A DNA stretch of 63,833 nucleotides, filler included, from a bacterium (GTDB taxonomy: Bacteria; UBP18; UBA7526): the NCBI GenBank assembly GCA_030615855.1. It is 5 parts of 5 records of this genome, joined end to end, with 100 filler letters (N's around TTAATTAATTAA, not from the genome) between each part and the next. Parts side by side here need not be neighbours in the genome. Positions count along the whole stretch, not along the records: positions 1 to 26,106 come from JAUWYL010000019.1; positions 26,207 to 38,066 come from JAUWYL010000002.1; 3 more parts are not named here. The stretch is one strand, 5' to 3'. The translations under genes were made by a program, and so were the position numbers. Positions 18,150 to 28,879 of this stretch are shown here, in pieces; the stretch's first letter is position 1, and each line of letters starts with the position of its first letter. The notes beneath the pieces were generated by a model. The model had not been told where the DNA came from, did not search any database, and saw only the letters and a list, made by a program, of their open reading frames with translations.

Positions 18150-19677
18150 TTCCTTCTTCCTTTTTTAATGTTCTTTTTAGTATCTTGCCCGTGAGGGTCT
18201 TGGGTAGTTCCTTCCTGAACTCTATTTTGTGAGGGACCTTATAGGAAGCTAATCTCTCCTGGCAGTACTTAATGATCTCTTTCTTAGAAAGTTTCCTTCC
18301 CTCCTTCAGAGCAAGAAAGGCCTTGGGCACTTCTCCCTTCACCTTATCCTCTACTCCAATAACCGCTACCTCAGCGATAGCGGGATGGGAGTATAATACC
18401 TCCTCTATCTCTCTGGGGTAGACGTTTAGGCCACGTACAATAATCATATCCTTCTTTCGGTCAACTATATAGATATAGCCCTCTTCGTCTATCTTGGCCA
18501 AGTCTCCGGTATAAAGCCAGCCCCTCTTCAGGGTCTCCTCTGTTTCCTGGGGAAGGTTGTAGTATCCTCTCATGACATTGGGACCTCTAACGATGAGTTC
18601 TCCCACCTCTCCCCTTTTGAGCGAACGGCCTTGGTCATCAACCACATCTACCTCCACCCCGGGCAAGGATAACCCAACAGAGCCCGGCTTTCTTATATCC
18701 TTAACCGGGTTCAAAGAAACTACAGGCGAGGCCTCCGATAGGCCATAGCCTTCGATCAAGGGGATACCGAACTTCTTTTCAAACTTCTTCAATACCTCAA
18801 CTGGTAGTGCTGCTGCCCCGGAGACAGCGAGTCTCAAAGGATTTAAGAATCTAAAGGGGCGGAAGGTGAGTATTCTGGGGAGAGAAAATTGGGTCAAGAT
18901 ATTATAGATGGTTGGGATACCGACAAAGATGGTGGGCCTTTTTCTTATGATCTCTTTTATCACCTCTTTGAAGGCTTTTAAAGATTCAATGATGGTTATC
19001 TTCGCTCCCAGATAGAGGGGAACCAGGATGCAGACCGTGGTAGTGAAGGAGTGGAACATGGGAAGAACTAATAAGAAGTTATCCCTCGGTCTCAGTTGGG
19101 CTGCTTCGGCACTGGAGATGGTGTTGGAGATAAGGTTATTGTGACTCAGGCAGGCGCCTTTTGGGTATCCAGTAGTTCCCGAGGTATAGATAATGACCGC
19201 GGTCTCGGTCTCTGCCACTTCAGGGAAGATAAAAGAGATTCCCGGAGTTACCAATTCTTCAAGGGTAACCGTTCCTGAGATGGATGATTTATTGCTAATG
19301 ATGATTCTTTCTAACTCCTCAAGCCGGGGACGCAAGGGCCCTACTGTTTTCATAAAACCCTTTGAGGTTATTAAAGTAGAAACTCCAGCATCATTCAAGG
19401 TATGTCTTAGTTCCTCTCCCTTCAGGAAATTATTCAGAGGAATAACGATTCCTCCCATCTTTAGAATGGCAAAATAACTTACGATAAACTCTGGACAGTT
19501 GCCCAATAAAATTCCTATCCTATCTCCCTTTCTGGCTCCTTTCCTCATCAATCCAGAGGCCAATCTATCGACCCTTTCTCCCAATTCCTTATAGGTAATC
19601 CTCTCCTTCTTAAAGAGAATGGCGTATCTTTTCCCATACTTCCTAATACTTTTCTCAAGCATTTCAGTTAGAGTCAT
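18142..19677 (-). CDS. fadD: Long-chain fatty acid-CoA ligase (AMP-binding)
   Basis: YTSGTTGYPKG, EGYGLSE, TGDL, DRKKD, GKILK. Confidence 0.88.
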   Translation of the reverse strand: MTLTEMLEKSIRKYGKRYAILFKKERITYKELGERVDRLASGLMRKGARKGDRIGILLGNCPEFIVSYFAILKMGGIVIPLNNFLKGEELRHTLNDAGVSTLITSKGFMKTVGPLRPRLEELERIIISNKSSISGTVTLEELVTPGISFIFPEVAETETAVIIYTSGTTGYPKGACLSHNNLISNTISSAEAAQLRPRDNFLLVLPMFHSFTTTVCILVPLYLGAKITIIESLKAFKEVIKEIIRKRPTIFVGIPTIYNILTQFSLPRILTFRPFRFLNPLRLAVSGAAALPVEVLKKFEKKFGIPLIEGYGLSEASPVVSLNPVKDIRKPGSVGLSLPGVEVDVVDDQGRSLKRGEVGELIVRGPNVMRGYYNLPQETEETLKRGWLYTGDLAKIDEEGYIYIVDRKKDMIIVRGLNVYPREIEEVLYSHPAIAEVAVIGVEDKVKGEVPKAFLALKEGRKLSKKEIIKYCQERLASYKVPHKIEFRKELPKTLTGKILKRTLKKEEGIG

Positions 19678-19739
19678 GGCGTACTCCTTAATATTAAGTT
19701 AACAAGTTGATACGTTGATAAGTTAATAAAAAAATATCC

Positions 19740-19860
19740 GGTTACGGTTAGGGTCACGAGGCCCGTTTCGTTTAGGGGTTACGTAGTTCGTCTTTTAAAG
19801 ACGTAGCCTTTAGGCGTTACCGATACGGGCTTCGTTGCCGTAACCCTTTTACCTAACCTA
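19740..19860. repeat. GGTTAC/GTAACC-type composite hairpin repeat, copy 1
   Basis: Shares gcccgtttcg, cgatacgggyttcgtt and cgtagccttta blocks with 24046-24190. Confidence 0.65.
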
Positions 19861-19890
19861 TATTTTATACCTTGTTAACTTGTATACTTG

Positions 19891-20571
19891 TCAACTTCTA
19901 TCTTGCGTTCTTAGCCGATTGACGAGAAGGTGGGCCTGACGGGTAGGCTCGGGCAGTCTATAGCCTCTCAGGCATTTTAGGACTATCTCTATGGAACTCT
20001 TCAAATCTATTCTGTGGCCAGGAGAAACAAATATGGGAGAAATATCCTCTTTAGTCCTCAAGACAGCACCGATGATTTCACCATCATCTTTTAATAGGGA
20101 ATAGGAACCTTTTTCTCTTTCTGGCTCTTGATAAGTGCCGATTAGTTTCGACTTGGCACAGCCAATGGTTGGCTTGTCTAATAGGATTCCCATATGGGTG
20201 GCCAGGCCCAATCTTTTAGGATGGGCTATCCCCTGGCCATCGAATATTATAACATCCGGCTCAATCTTAATCTTCTTGAAGGCCTCAACGAGAAGGGGTC
20301 CTTCCCGAAAGGTGAGAAGGCCTGGGATATAGGGGAACTTCAAACTGCCTATAGCGCGTTGTTCCTCTAAAATTTTTAACTCGGGAAAGGAGAAGACAAT
20401 GACTACTGCATAAGCCCTGTTGCTTTTTTTGGAAAAAGAAATATCTGCACCCGCGATTCTTTCAGTCTTAGAAAAGCCTTTCTTCAGGATAATCCTTTTT
20501 CTCAACTCTTCCTGTAACTTGCTCGCTTCTTGAGGACTTACATCCCAGGAATGAGAAAATACAGGCTTCAT
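19891..20571 (-). CDS. nfi: Endonuclease V
   Basis: AGADIS, FPYIPGLLTFRE, DGQGIAHP, VSPGH, RLPEPTR. Confidence 0.96.
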   Translation of the reverse strand: MKPVFSHSWDVSPQEASKLQEELRKRIILKKGFSKTERIAGADISFSKKSNRAYAVVIVFSFPELKILEEQRAIGSLKFPYIPGLLTFREGPLLVEAFKKIKIEPDVIIFDGQGIAHPKRLGLATHMGILLDKPTIGCAKSKLIGTYQEPEREKGSYSLLKDDGEIIGAVLRTKEDISPIFVSPGHRIDLKSSIEIVLKCLRGYRLPEPTRQAHLLVNRLRTQDRS

Positions 20572-20597
20572 CTATTTTCCTGAAAATACTAAACGAG

Positions 20598-20745
20598 CAA
20601 TCAAATTTCTAATTACTAATTTCTAACAAGATGTCCAATTCTTAAATGTCAAATGTCCAATCCAGATCATTGGAAATTGGGTATTGGATATTGGAAATTT
20701 TCCCACTTTCACACTTTCTCACTTGCTCACTTTCACACTTTCCTA
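20598..20745. repeat. 7-bp (CCAATxx/ATTGG) and 8-bp (CACTTTCx) periodic intergenic repeats
   Basis: Related arrays at 50296-50360 and 59755-59795. Confidence 0.65.
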
Positions 20746-21018
20746 CTTTGCCAATCTATCCTTCAGTTTCTGGCTGGGCTTGAAGAAAGGCACCTTATGG
20801 GCTGGAATTTCGATCTCCTTTCCCGTGACCACATTCCTTATTTTGCGCGCTGCCCTCTCTTTTGTTTCAAACTTCCCCAAGCCCCTAATAATTACCTCAT
20901 CTCCTTTGGCCAGAGCCCCCTGGATGGTCCTTGTCAGACAATCGATGATGGCTAAGGCATCCTTCTGGAAGAGGTTTGTCTTTCGGGCAATATAGACCGC
21001 TAAATCCAATTTATTCAT
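20743..21018 (-). CDS. HU/IHF-family DNA-binding protein
   Basis: MNKxDL, IRGLGKF, RNVVTGKEIEIPA, FKPS. Confidence 0.93.
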   Translation of the reverse strand: MNKLDLAVYIARKTNLFQKDALAIIDCLTRTIQGALAKGDEVIIRGLGKFETKERAARKIRNVVTGKEIEIPAHKVPFFKPSQKLKDRLAK

Positions 21019-22400
21019 CCTTTCGTTCCTCCCACGATTATCTTTGGAATACGGAGGGTGGGCTGGCCATCTGAGATGGGAACCCCTTGTCCTTCTTTGC
21101 CACAGGTGCCGATCTCAAATCCTAAGTCATTCCCCACCATATCGATCTCTTTCAGAATCTCGGGGCCATTGCCTATTAAGGTTGCACCCCTCACTGGTTT
21201 AGTGATTTTACCATCTTCAATGAGATAACCCTCTTCAACCTCAAAGACGAAATCACCGTTGACGCTATCCACCTGCCCCCCGCCCATCTTCTTAACAAAT
21301 AGTCCTCTTTTTGTTGATTTGATAATCTCTTCTGGATTGCTTTTCCCAGAAGCGATATAGGTATTACTCATCCTGGGGATGGGTCTGTAGTGATAGGACT
21401 GCCTCCTTCCATTCCCTGTCGGGTTTATCTTATCTTTTTTGGCGGTCAGATAGTCATAGAGATAATTCTTTAATATTCCATTTTCGACTAAGACTGTCCT
21501 CTGGGAAGAATTCCCTTCGTCATCGAACCTATAGGAACCCCTCTTATCGGGAAGCGTGGGATCATCGATAACGGTGATTAAAGATGAGGCTATTCTTCTG
21601 CCTATCTTCCCACAGTATTTCGAAGCTCCCTTCTGGATGATGTCTGCCTCCAGGCCATGACCGATGGCCTCGTGAATCATCGTCCCTCCTGCAGAAGAAG
21701 ATAAGATAACGGTCATCTCTCCCGCTGGTGCCTTCTGGGCCTCTAACATTAGGATGGCCCCTTTCGCAGCAATGGTAGCGATCTCTTCTGGAGAAATAGC
21801 ATCGAATATTTCCCAGCCGATAAATCCTCCCTTGGTCTCCGTTCCTGTCTGTAGAATCTCTCTTTCTTTGACAACGACCGTTACGCTGAATAGAAGTTGT
21901 ATCCTTTCATCCTCTGCTAAGGTTCCATTTGAATTGGCAATAGTAATCTTCCTGATGCTATCCCCATAGCCGATCATCACCTGTTTAATTCTTTTGTCTA
22001 TGGAGCGAGCTTTCTTATTGGCTTCCTTTACAATTCTTACCTTATCTTCTATCTCGACTTCTGAAGGAGGTCTTTTTACTTTAAAATTAACATTTGCTTT
22101 AGCTGGCTTGAGATCGATCTTTATCTTCTTTGCTTTGCTAGATATTCCTTTACTCAGCGTTTTGGCAGTTTTGACGAGGCCTTCTTTGCTTAATTTATTG
22201 GTAGAAGTGTAGAATGTTTCACCTTTAGAGATTAGTCTCAAGCCGGCCCCGCTATCAGTTCCAGAGGAGACGACTTCAATCTTATTCTCCTCACAGGAGA
22301 TACTAATGGTCTCCTTCTCCTCAATGAAGACCTCAGCGAAGTTTTCCCCGCCAGAAAGGGTAGTTTCTAAAACTCGAGTTAGGATATTTTCAGAAAACAT
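21015..22400 (-). CDS. tldD: TldD-family metalloprotease
   Basis: HEAIGHGLEAD, FDDEG, TGNGRR, PRMSNT, CGKEGQ. Confidence 0.94.
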   Translation of the reverse strand: MFSENILTRVLETTLSGGENFAEVFIEEKETISISCEENKIEVVSSGTDSGAGLRLISKGETFYTSTNKLSKEGLVKTAKTLSKGISSKAKKIKIDLKPAKANVNFKVKRPPSEVEIEDKVRIVKEANKKARSIDKRIKQVMIGYGDSIRKITIANSNGTLAEDERIQLLFSVTVVVKEREILQTGTETKGGFIGWEIFDAISPEEIATIAAKGAILMLEAQKAPAGEMTVILSSSAGGTMIHEAIGHGLEADIIQKGASKYCGKIGRRIASSLITVIDDPTLPDKRGSYRFDDEGNSSQRTVLVENGILKNYLYDYLTAKKDKINPTGNGRRQSYHYRPIPRMSNTYIASGKSNPEEIIKSTKRGLFVKKMGGGQVDSVNGDFVFEVEEGYLIEDGKITKPVRGATLIGNGPEILKEIDMVGNDLGFEIGTCGKEGQGVPISDGQPTLRIPKIIVGGTKG

Positions 22401-22455
22401 TTTCTTATATGCTTTTTATTCGTGTAGCTTCGTGTTTTGGTTCTTGCATTCTTGC

Positions 22456-23460
22456 CTAACGGTTCGTGTTTTTTCGTGTCTTCTGGTATTTCCATACCGC
22501 CCTATTATGCTCTTCTAAACTGGAAGAGAACTCGTGGGTTCCATCATTTCGAGAGACAAAGTAGAGGTAGTTGACATCTGCGGGATATAGGGCAGCCTGA
22601 ATGGCCTCTCTCCCCGGATTTCCTATGGGGCCAGGAGGAAGATCCCGATATCTATAGGTATTATAGGGAGAATCTATTCTAAGATGTTCCTTCTTCAGAT
22701 CTCCATCGAAGGCCTCTCCCAGGGCATAGATGACTGTGGGGTCGGATTGCAAGGGCCTTTTCGCTTTTAATCTATTGTGGAAGACAGCCGAAATAAGGGC
22801 CCTCTCTTCTGGAGCACTGGTCTCCTTCTCAATGATCGAGGCCAGGATAATAATCTCGTGAAAAGTAAACTCTAACTCTTCCGCTCTTCTCCTGTCTTCT
22901 TCGGTCACTTTTTTGTTGAATTGGAAGACCATGAGTTTAATAATCTCTTCTCCCCTCATCCCCTTGGAGACTCGGTAGGTCTCTGGAAAGAGATATCCTT
23001 CCAAGCTCTTTGCTGGGATGCTGAATTGAGAGATAAATTTAGAATCTTTTGTCAATTCGATGAATCTCTCTTTCTCTGCTAAACCTTTCTTCTCTATAAC
23101 TGAGGCAATCTGGCGAGTATTATAACCCTCTGGAATGGTGAAGGGATGGGCAAGGACCTCGCCCCTTTCTATCTTAGAGAGGATCCTGGAAAGGTTCAGA
23201 GAAGAACTTAGTTCATACTCTCCGGCCTGGAGCCTATCTTCTGTCCCTTTCATCTTGGCTAAGACTCTAAAGGTTAAACCATTTCTAATCAGTCTCTCTT
23301 CCTTTAAAAGGCGGGCGATCCTCTTAGCATTCATTCCCCTTGAAATCTCAATGACTTTAACTTGAGAGGACTTAGCATCCAGGGGGATATAAAGTTGGTA
23401 AATAACAATGCTAAGAATGATCAGAATAACGATAACGATTCCAGTATTTTTAAGGTTCAT
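22456..23460 (-). CDS. mltG: Endolytic transglycosylase MltG
   Basis: TIPEG, EGYLFPETY, ASIIEKE, LQSDPT, SPYNTY, PPGPIGNPG. Confidence 0.95.
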   Translation of the reverse strand: MNLKNTGIVIVILIILSIVIYQLYIPLDAKSSQVKVIEISRGMNAKRIARLLKEERLIRNGLTFRVLAKMKGTEDRLQAGEYELSSSLNLSRILSKIERGEVLAHPFTIPEGYNTRQIASVIEKKGLAEKERFIELTKDSKFISQFSIPAKSLEGYLFPETYRVSKGMRGEEIIKLMVFQFNKKVTEEDRRRAEELEFTFHEIIILASIIEKETSAPEERALISAVFHNRLKAKRPLQSDPTVIYALGEAFDGDLKKEHLRIDSPYNTYRYRDLPPGPIGNPGREAIQAALYPADVNYLYFVSRNDGTHEFSSSLEEHNRAVWKYQKTRKNTNR

Positions 23461-23482
23461 GGAATACCCCAAATTTGGTTAG

Positions 23483-23588
23483 GGTTAAGGTTAGGTTGTT
23501 GGTTTAGTTGTTAGGTTAGGTAGTTGGTCTTTAAAAACCTAACCCTTACCCAACTACCAAACCCACTACTTAACCCTAACCCAACTAC
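23483..23588. repeat. About 105-bp GGTTA/TAACC hairpin repeat, copy 2
   Basis: Matches 7756-7860. Confidence 0.88.
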
Positions 23589-23602
23589 CGGAGACTTTAG
23601 GC

Positions 23603-24010
23603 TCAGGATTTTGTTCTTTGGCTGTCTAAGTAACTCTGGAGAATGAGCACTGCGGCCAATTTATCTATTACTTTTTTTCTCTTTGCCCGACTCAAGTCCG
23701 CTCTTAGGAGGACTCTTTCCGCCTCTTTTGTAGTAAGCCTCTCATCCCAGGTAAGAATGGGTAGATTAATCTCCTTCTTTAGTTCTTCGATAAAGTCCAG
23801 AACCTTCTTCCCCTGTTCCCCGATGCTTCCATCCATATTCTTAGGAAGTCCTACCACAATTTTCTCAATATTATAATCGCTTACTGTTTTCTTCAATTCC
23901 TTTATATTCTCGCGCTTTATAATAGAAATCCCCTGGGCAATGTAACCCAGGGGATCTGATACGGCAACCCCGATCCTCTTTTCACCAGCGTCCAATCCCA
24001 TTATTCTCAT
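23603..24010 (-). CDS. ruvX: YqgF/RuvX pre-16S rRNA nuclease
   Basis: [15 protein letters not shown], VGLP, DERLTT, IDKLAA. Confidence 0.95.
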   Translation of the reverse strand: MRIMGLDAGEKRIGVAVSDPLGYIAQGISIIKRENIKELKKTVSDYNIEKIVVGLPKNMDGSIGEQGKKVLDFIEELKKEINLPILTWDERLTTKEAERVLLRADLSRAKRKKVIDKLAAVLILQSYLDSQRTKS

Positions 24011-24045
24011 TGGTTTTACCTTAGTTAATAAGTTGATAAGTCATT

Positions 24046-24190
24046 GGGTTAGGGTTAAGGTTAGGATGCCCGTTTCGGTTACGTTATTCGGTTACGTAAC
24101 CGTAACCCCTAAACCCCGTTGATAGCGAAGCTTATCTACGGGGTAAACGATACGGGTTTCGTTACCGTAGCCCTTTAACGTAGCCTTTAA
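24046..24190. repeat. GGTTAC/GTAACC composite repeat, copy 2, with nested CCCCG...CGGGG hairpin; overlaps the alaS stop
   Basis: Similar to 19740-19860; internal ccccgttgatagcgaagcttatctacgggg. Confidence 0.65.
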
Positions 24191-26106
24191 TTATTTGGAG
24201 GACTTCTTTCAGGGCTTGAGAGAGTTCTGCCGGGTTCTTGCCTCCTGCTTGGGCAAAGTCCTTCCGTCCTCCTCCGCTCCCTTTAACAATCTTTGCTACC
24301 TCTTTTATAATCTGGTTGGCATCCAACTTATCTGTTAAGTCTTTGGTTACCACACAGACCAGTCCCACCTTTTTATCCATCACCGAACCTAAGACGATTA
24401 CTCCCGATTTCAGTTTATCCTTTAGGAGGTCAGAGGCATTGCGTAATTCCTTGATACCCAATCCTTCCATCCTACTTGAGATTACTTTAATTCCTTCTAC
24501 TTTAACTACTTTCTTTATTAACTCCTCTCTTTTCAAAAGGGATTCTCTGCTCTTTAATCTTTTGATCTCTTTCTCCAGTTCTTTTACCCTCTGAACTAAT
24601 CTCTCCACTCTCTCCAGAACTTGAGAGGGCGCTACCTTTAACTCTCTTGCTATCTTAGATAGCAGGCCCTCTCTCTCCTTCATAAATCTATATGCTCCTT
24701 TTCCCGTCAAGGCCTCGATCCTTCTTACTCCAGCGGCAATGCCGCTTTCGCTTACTAACTTAAATAAACCGATTTCGCCCGTGGCCTCTATATGGGTTCC
24801 TCCACAGAGTTCCAGACTAAAATCCCCTATTTTAACCGTCCTCACTCTCTTTCCATACTTCTCACCAACCAGGAAGATAGCCCCTTTCTTCTTTGCTTCC
24901 TCAAACTCCATCATTTTGGCTTCTACTTTAATATTCTCTCTTATCTTTTCATTGACCATCACCTCAACTTGGGAGATCTGTTTATCGGTCAAAGGAGCAA
25001 AGTGGGTGAGGTCAAAGCGCAGCCTGTCGAAAGAGACGAAGGAACCGGTCTGCCTCACGTGCTTTCCTAAGATTTTTCTTAATGCTCCCTGCAATAGATG
25101 GGTGGCGGTATGATTCCGGGCAGTTGACTCTCTCTTCCCTATATCGATACTTGCCTCTATCTTGTCTCCTTTTCTAATACTTCCTTTAACAACTTTTGCC
25201 CTGTGGACGATTATCTCTGGTAATGGCCTCTGGGTATCTAAGACCTCTATCTTAGTTCCTCTCTTAGTAATTATTCCTTTATCTCCTATCTGACCACCTG
25301 CCTCGGAATAGAAGGGAGTAGTATCAAGGATAATATCTATCTCATCCCCGGCCTTTGCCCTTTCTACCCTCTTATCAGCCTTAATGATTGCTAATATCTC
25401 TGCTTTCAAGGTGGCCTTATCATATCCCTTAAATTTTGTGGCCTTCAGTTCTTTCGCCAATCTATTATAGATGGTCTTTACCCTTGATTGGCCGATCTCC
25501 TTCCAGGCCATCCTCCCTCTTTTCCTCTGTTCTTCCATGGCCATATCAAATCCTCTCCTATCTAAGGTTAGGTTATGTTCTGCGGCGATCTCCTGAGTAA
25601 GATCAATAGGTATCCCATAGGTATCGTATAACTCAAAGACCTTCTCTCCTGGAATTTCTTTTCTCTTCTCTATTGATAGATGAAGAAGGAGATCATCGAA
25701 TATCCTCATTCCTTGCCCCAAGGTCTCCAGGAACCTTTTTTCCTCACCCAAGACAATCCTTTCCATATGTTCTTTATCCTTTGATAGTTCTGGATAGGGC
25801 TCTCTCATGATATCGATAACCACCGAGATTAACTTATGGAGATAGGGCTTAGCAAGTCCCAGGTTTCTTCCCTGGGAGAGGACCCTCCGGATAATCCTAC
25901 GAAGAACATATCCCCTTCCCACATTGGAAGGAAGGACTCCATCATAGATCAAGAAGGTAACGGCTCTTATATGATCTGCGATGATGCGCAGCGTCAGATC
26001 CTTTATTTTATCCTGGCCATATCTTACCCCGGATAGAGAAGTAGTATAGTCAATAATTGGCTTCAAGAGGTCGGTGTCAAAAGTATTCTCTTTCTCCTGG
26101 AGAATC
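24162..26106 (-). CDS. alaS: Alanine-tRNA ligase, 5'-truncated by contig end
   Basis: IADHIRA, GRGYVLRR, LYDTYG, NHTATHLL, ELCGGTH, GGGRKDFAQAGG. Confidence 0.97.
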
Positions 26107-26206
26107 NNNNNNNNNNNNNNNNNNNNNNNNNNNNNNNNNNNNNNNNNNNNTTAATTAATTAANNNNNNNNNNNNNNNNNNNNNNNNNNNNNNNNNNNNNN
26201 NNNNNN
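26107..26206. other. Contig linker (N44-TTAATTAATTAA-N44)
   Basis: Six-frame stop spacer flanked by Ns. Confidence 0.97.
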
Positions 26207-26327
26207 CAACACTCATTACTTCCCAAGGAAGGGGAGGAAGAATGCGGCGCAGATAGACAACAACAATAGCCTCTAAATAGCCAAAGGCAATCCCAAAGAT
26301 AGTAACCAATCCCAACTTTAATCTCAT
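26207..26327 (-). CDS. Partial membrane protein (N-terminus only)
   Basis: ATG overlaps the TolC stop; reads MRLKLGLVTIFGIAFGYLEAIVVVYLRR into the gap. Confidence 0.6.
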
Positions 26328-27871
26328 TTTTCTTCCTCAAACAAAATATTTTCTCTCTCCAGAACCGTCCCCTTCGCTTTCTCTAAATCGATCAAGGATT
26401 TATTGTAATCGATTATTGAGCGTAAATAGCCGCTCTGCGATTTGGCCAAATCCTCTTGATACTCTAAGATATCGTGGGTTGTGGTAAGGCCTTCCTTAAA
26501 TCTTTCCTCCTCTGCTGATAGTTTTCTTTCTCGCAGTCTTCTTACTGTTTCTGCTGCTGCTACCCTCTTATAATCGGTATTGGTTCCTCTTACTGCTTCT
26601 CGAACCTGGATAATGATTTTCTGCTCCAGATTTTTAAAATCGATCAAGGCTTTCTCCTTCTCTAAAAGCCTCTTTTTATACTTACTCCTTGCTCCTCTAT
26701 TCCCTAAGGGATATTCAAAAGAGAGGCCAGCTGACCAAGACTCATACTCACCTTTACTCATTTCATCAAAGGCATCATTATAGTGTCGATCCAGGCCGTT
26801 CAGGCCGAAACTTCCCTTCAGATCCAAAGTGGGCAAGCGTTCATTCTTAGCTACCTTTATTTTAATATCCTTATTCTTTAGATCGATCTTCTCCTTCTGG
26901 TAATCAGGTCGCTTCTCGAAAGCGGTCCTTACGCTCTCCACGAGATCAATCTCTCTTGCTTCTAAAGGAGGCTTATCCAAAGGGATAATATCGAAGTTCC
27001 AGAGTTTTGGATCCTGGATGAGATTGGTGACTATCTTCAGATTATCCTGGGTATCGGAGAGCATTTTTTGGGCAATAATAACCTCTTGCTTCCGAGAAGC
27101 AACCTCGGCTTCTGCGGCCAATACCTCGAGCTGGGAAACGGTTCCTGCCTTCATCCGTGCTTTATTTGTCTCCAATAAATCCTCGGCTCGCTTTAAGGAA
27201 AGTCCTTTGACCTTCAAATTCTCAAGAGCAAAGACCAGTTCCCAGTAGGCCTTCTCTGTCTTAGTCACAGTATTAATTACCTCTTCTCTCAACTCTTCAA
27301 GTGAGATATTCTTATTATTCTTAGCAATGAGGATATCTGCCCTATTCACCTCAATACCAAAATCCTTTAATAATGGTTGAGTAAGGGTAAAGGTAAGGCT
27401 TGAGGTATAGGCCGGATTGGGGCTCTGGGAAGCAGGAAGCCGGTTGGTCTCCAGGCGATTATTCTTAAATGCTAAATCATAATCCCCACCAGTCAGGAAT
27501 TTCTGCTTTAGACCGGCATTGAAATCATAATTCTTCTGTACCGAATCAAAAGTGCCCGTAGTCGTAGAAGAGGTAGTGTGGGTTTCAGATTTGTCTGCTG
27601 AAATATCCAAGGTGGCTGTAGGATCAAAGTCTGATTTTGCCTTTATAATTTCGGTCTCCTTGATCTGGGGCACAAGACGAGTAGCGGCCACATCCAGATT
27701 ATTCTTGAGAGCAAAGAAGATACAGTCCTGAAGGGATAAAGAAACGGTTCCCTTCTCTCCCTCAAGATTTTCTAAAAAAGAAGAAAGCTCTTGAGGCTCA
27801 GCAAAAATAGACTTGGAGAAAAGGAGGGCAAAAAAGATAGAAATGAGAATATAGATTATTCTTTTAATCAT
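26324..27871 (-). CDS. TolC-family outer-membrane efflux protein
   Basis: Signal peptide, LSLQDCIFFALKNN, LTQPLL, two OEP repeats. Confidence 0.92.
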   Translation of the reverse strand: MIKRIIYILISIFFALLFSKSIFAEPQELSSFLENLEGEKGTVSLSLQDCIFFALKNNLDVAATRLVPQIKETEIIKAKSDFDPTATLDISADKSETHTTSSTTTGTFDSVQKNYDFNAGLKQKFLTGGDYDLAFKNNRLETNRLPASQSPNPAYTSSLTFTLTQPLLKDFGIEVNRADILIAKNNKNISLEELREEVINTVTKTEKAYWELVFALENLKVKGLSLKRAEDLLETNKARMKAGTVSQLEVLAAEAEVASRKQEVIIAQKMLSDTQDNLKIVTNLIQDPKLWNFDIIPLDKPPLEAREIDLVESVRTAFEKRPDYQKEKIDLKNKDIKIKVAKNERLPTLDLKGSFGLNGLDRHYNDAFDEMSKGEYESWSAGLSFEYPLGNRGARSKYKKRLLEKEKALIDFKNLEQKIIIQVREAVRGTNTDYKRVAAAETVRRLRERKLSAEEERFKEGLTTTHDILEYQEDLAKSQSGYLRSIIDYNKSLIDLEKAKGTVLERENILFEEEK

Positions 27872-27875
27872 CTAT

Positions 27876-28517
27876 TTACCCTTTCTTTATTCGCGTTGAT
27901 TCGCGTCTTTTCTCTGACCCCTTCAAAAATAGTTCCATAACCAGAGGGGCGTTAGAGACTAAGGATTCTTTCTCTTTACTTAACATCCACTGGAAGGCAA
28001 GAGCATCTATTATTCCTCTTAAAGTAGCCGCCACCTTCTTGGCATCCAGGGCTTTAAATCTGCCTTCCTTTATTCCCTCTTCAATCACTCGGGCAACGAC
28101 GTCGATATACTTTAAGTAGCGGTCCATAATCCTCTTGCGCAACTCATCCTTTAATCCCAATTCGAAACGGCTCGATTCTGAAGTAATAATTTTAAAGAAA
28201 TCTCTATTGGCCTCGTAGAATCCTAACTGGTGCCTAGTTATAGCACTAAGTTTTTCTACTGGACCTTCTTTTTTCTTAGCTTCTTTCCGTATAAGATTCA
28301 TTAGATATTCTGTCTTCTCCTCTACCAAGGAATAGAAGAGTTCCCTTTTGTTCTTAAAGTAAAGATATATCGTTCCCTTAGCCAGCTCTGCTTCTTTAGC
28401 AATCTCGTCAATGGTTGCCTGATGAAAACCTTTCTGGGCAAAGACCCTCTGAGCAGCTTCTAAGATCTCTCTCTTTCTTGCCAACCGTTCCCTTTCCTTT
28501 CTACTTAATTTCTTCAT
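27876..28517 (-). CDS. TetR/AcrR-family regulator (FadR/YsiA-like)
   Basis: [30 protein letters not shown]. Confidence 0.93.
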   Translation of the reverse strand: MKKLSRKERERLARKREILEAAQRVFAQKGFHQATIDEIAKEAELAKGTIYLYFKNKRELFYSLVEEKTEYLMNLIRKEAKKKEGPVEKLSAITRHQLGFYEANRDFFKIITSESSRFELGLKDELRKRIMDRYLKYIDVVARVIEEGIKEGRFKALDAKKVAATLRGIIDALAFQWMLSKEKESLVSNAPLVMELFLKGSEKRRESTRIKKG

Positions 28518-28539
28518 CCCTATACTCCTTAGTCATTTT

Positions 28540-28592
28540 ATGACTGACTGTTCATTCATTTTAATAATAACATGAAAAAACCCCCTTGTCAA
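28540..28592 (-). promoter_or_regulatory. Promoter TTGACA-17-TATTAT with downstream TetR operator ATGAATGAACAGTCAGTCAT
   Basis: -35 at 28592-28587, -10 at 28569-28564; imperfect palindrome 28540-28559 resembling the Bacillus FadR box. Confidence 0.72.
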
Positions 28593-28828
28593 GTCTTTTC
28601 TGATTCCTAAAAAAGTCACGGATTTAGACAGATTTAAGCGGATTTAAACGGATTAACCATTGGAAAGGAGACTCCGTCTGCATCCGCTATAATTCGTTTG
28701 CATCTTTTTAGAAATCAATTTTTGCAACGCGAATAAAAAAACTCAAAGAAAAATCCTCGGGCATCTAAATAAAGTCTGGACTCTTGTTCTCTTTCTATCC
28801 ATTTCTCTTCATCCTAGATAACTCTTAA

Positions 28829-28868
28829 TTGTTGCAACTTGTGTCCGATCGGACAATAAGTGCAACAA
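28829..28868. repeat. 40-bp composite palindrome, copy 1
   Basis: TTGTTGCA-ACTTG-TGTCCGATCGGACA-ATAAG-TGCAACAA. Confidence 0.92.
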
Positions 28869-28879
28869 AATCTTGACTG

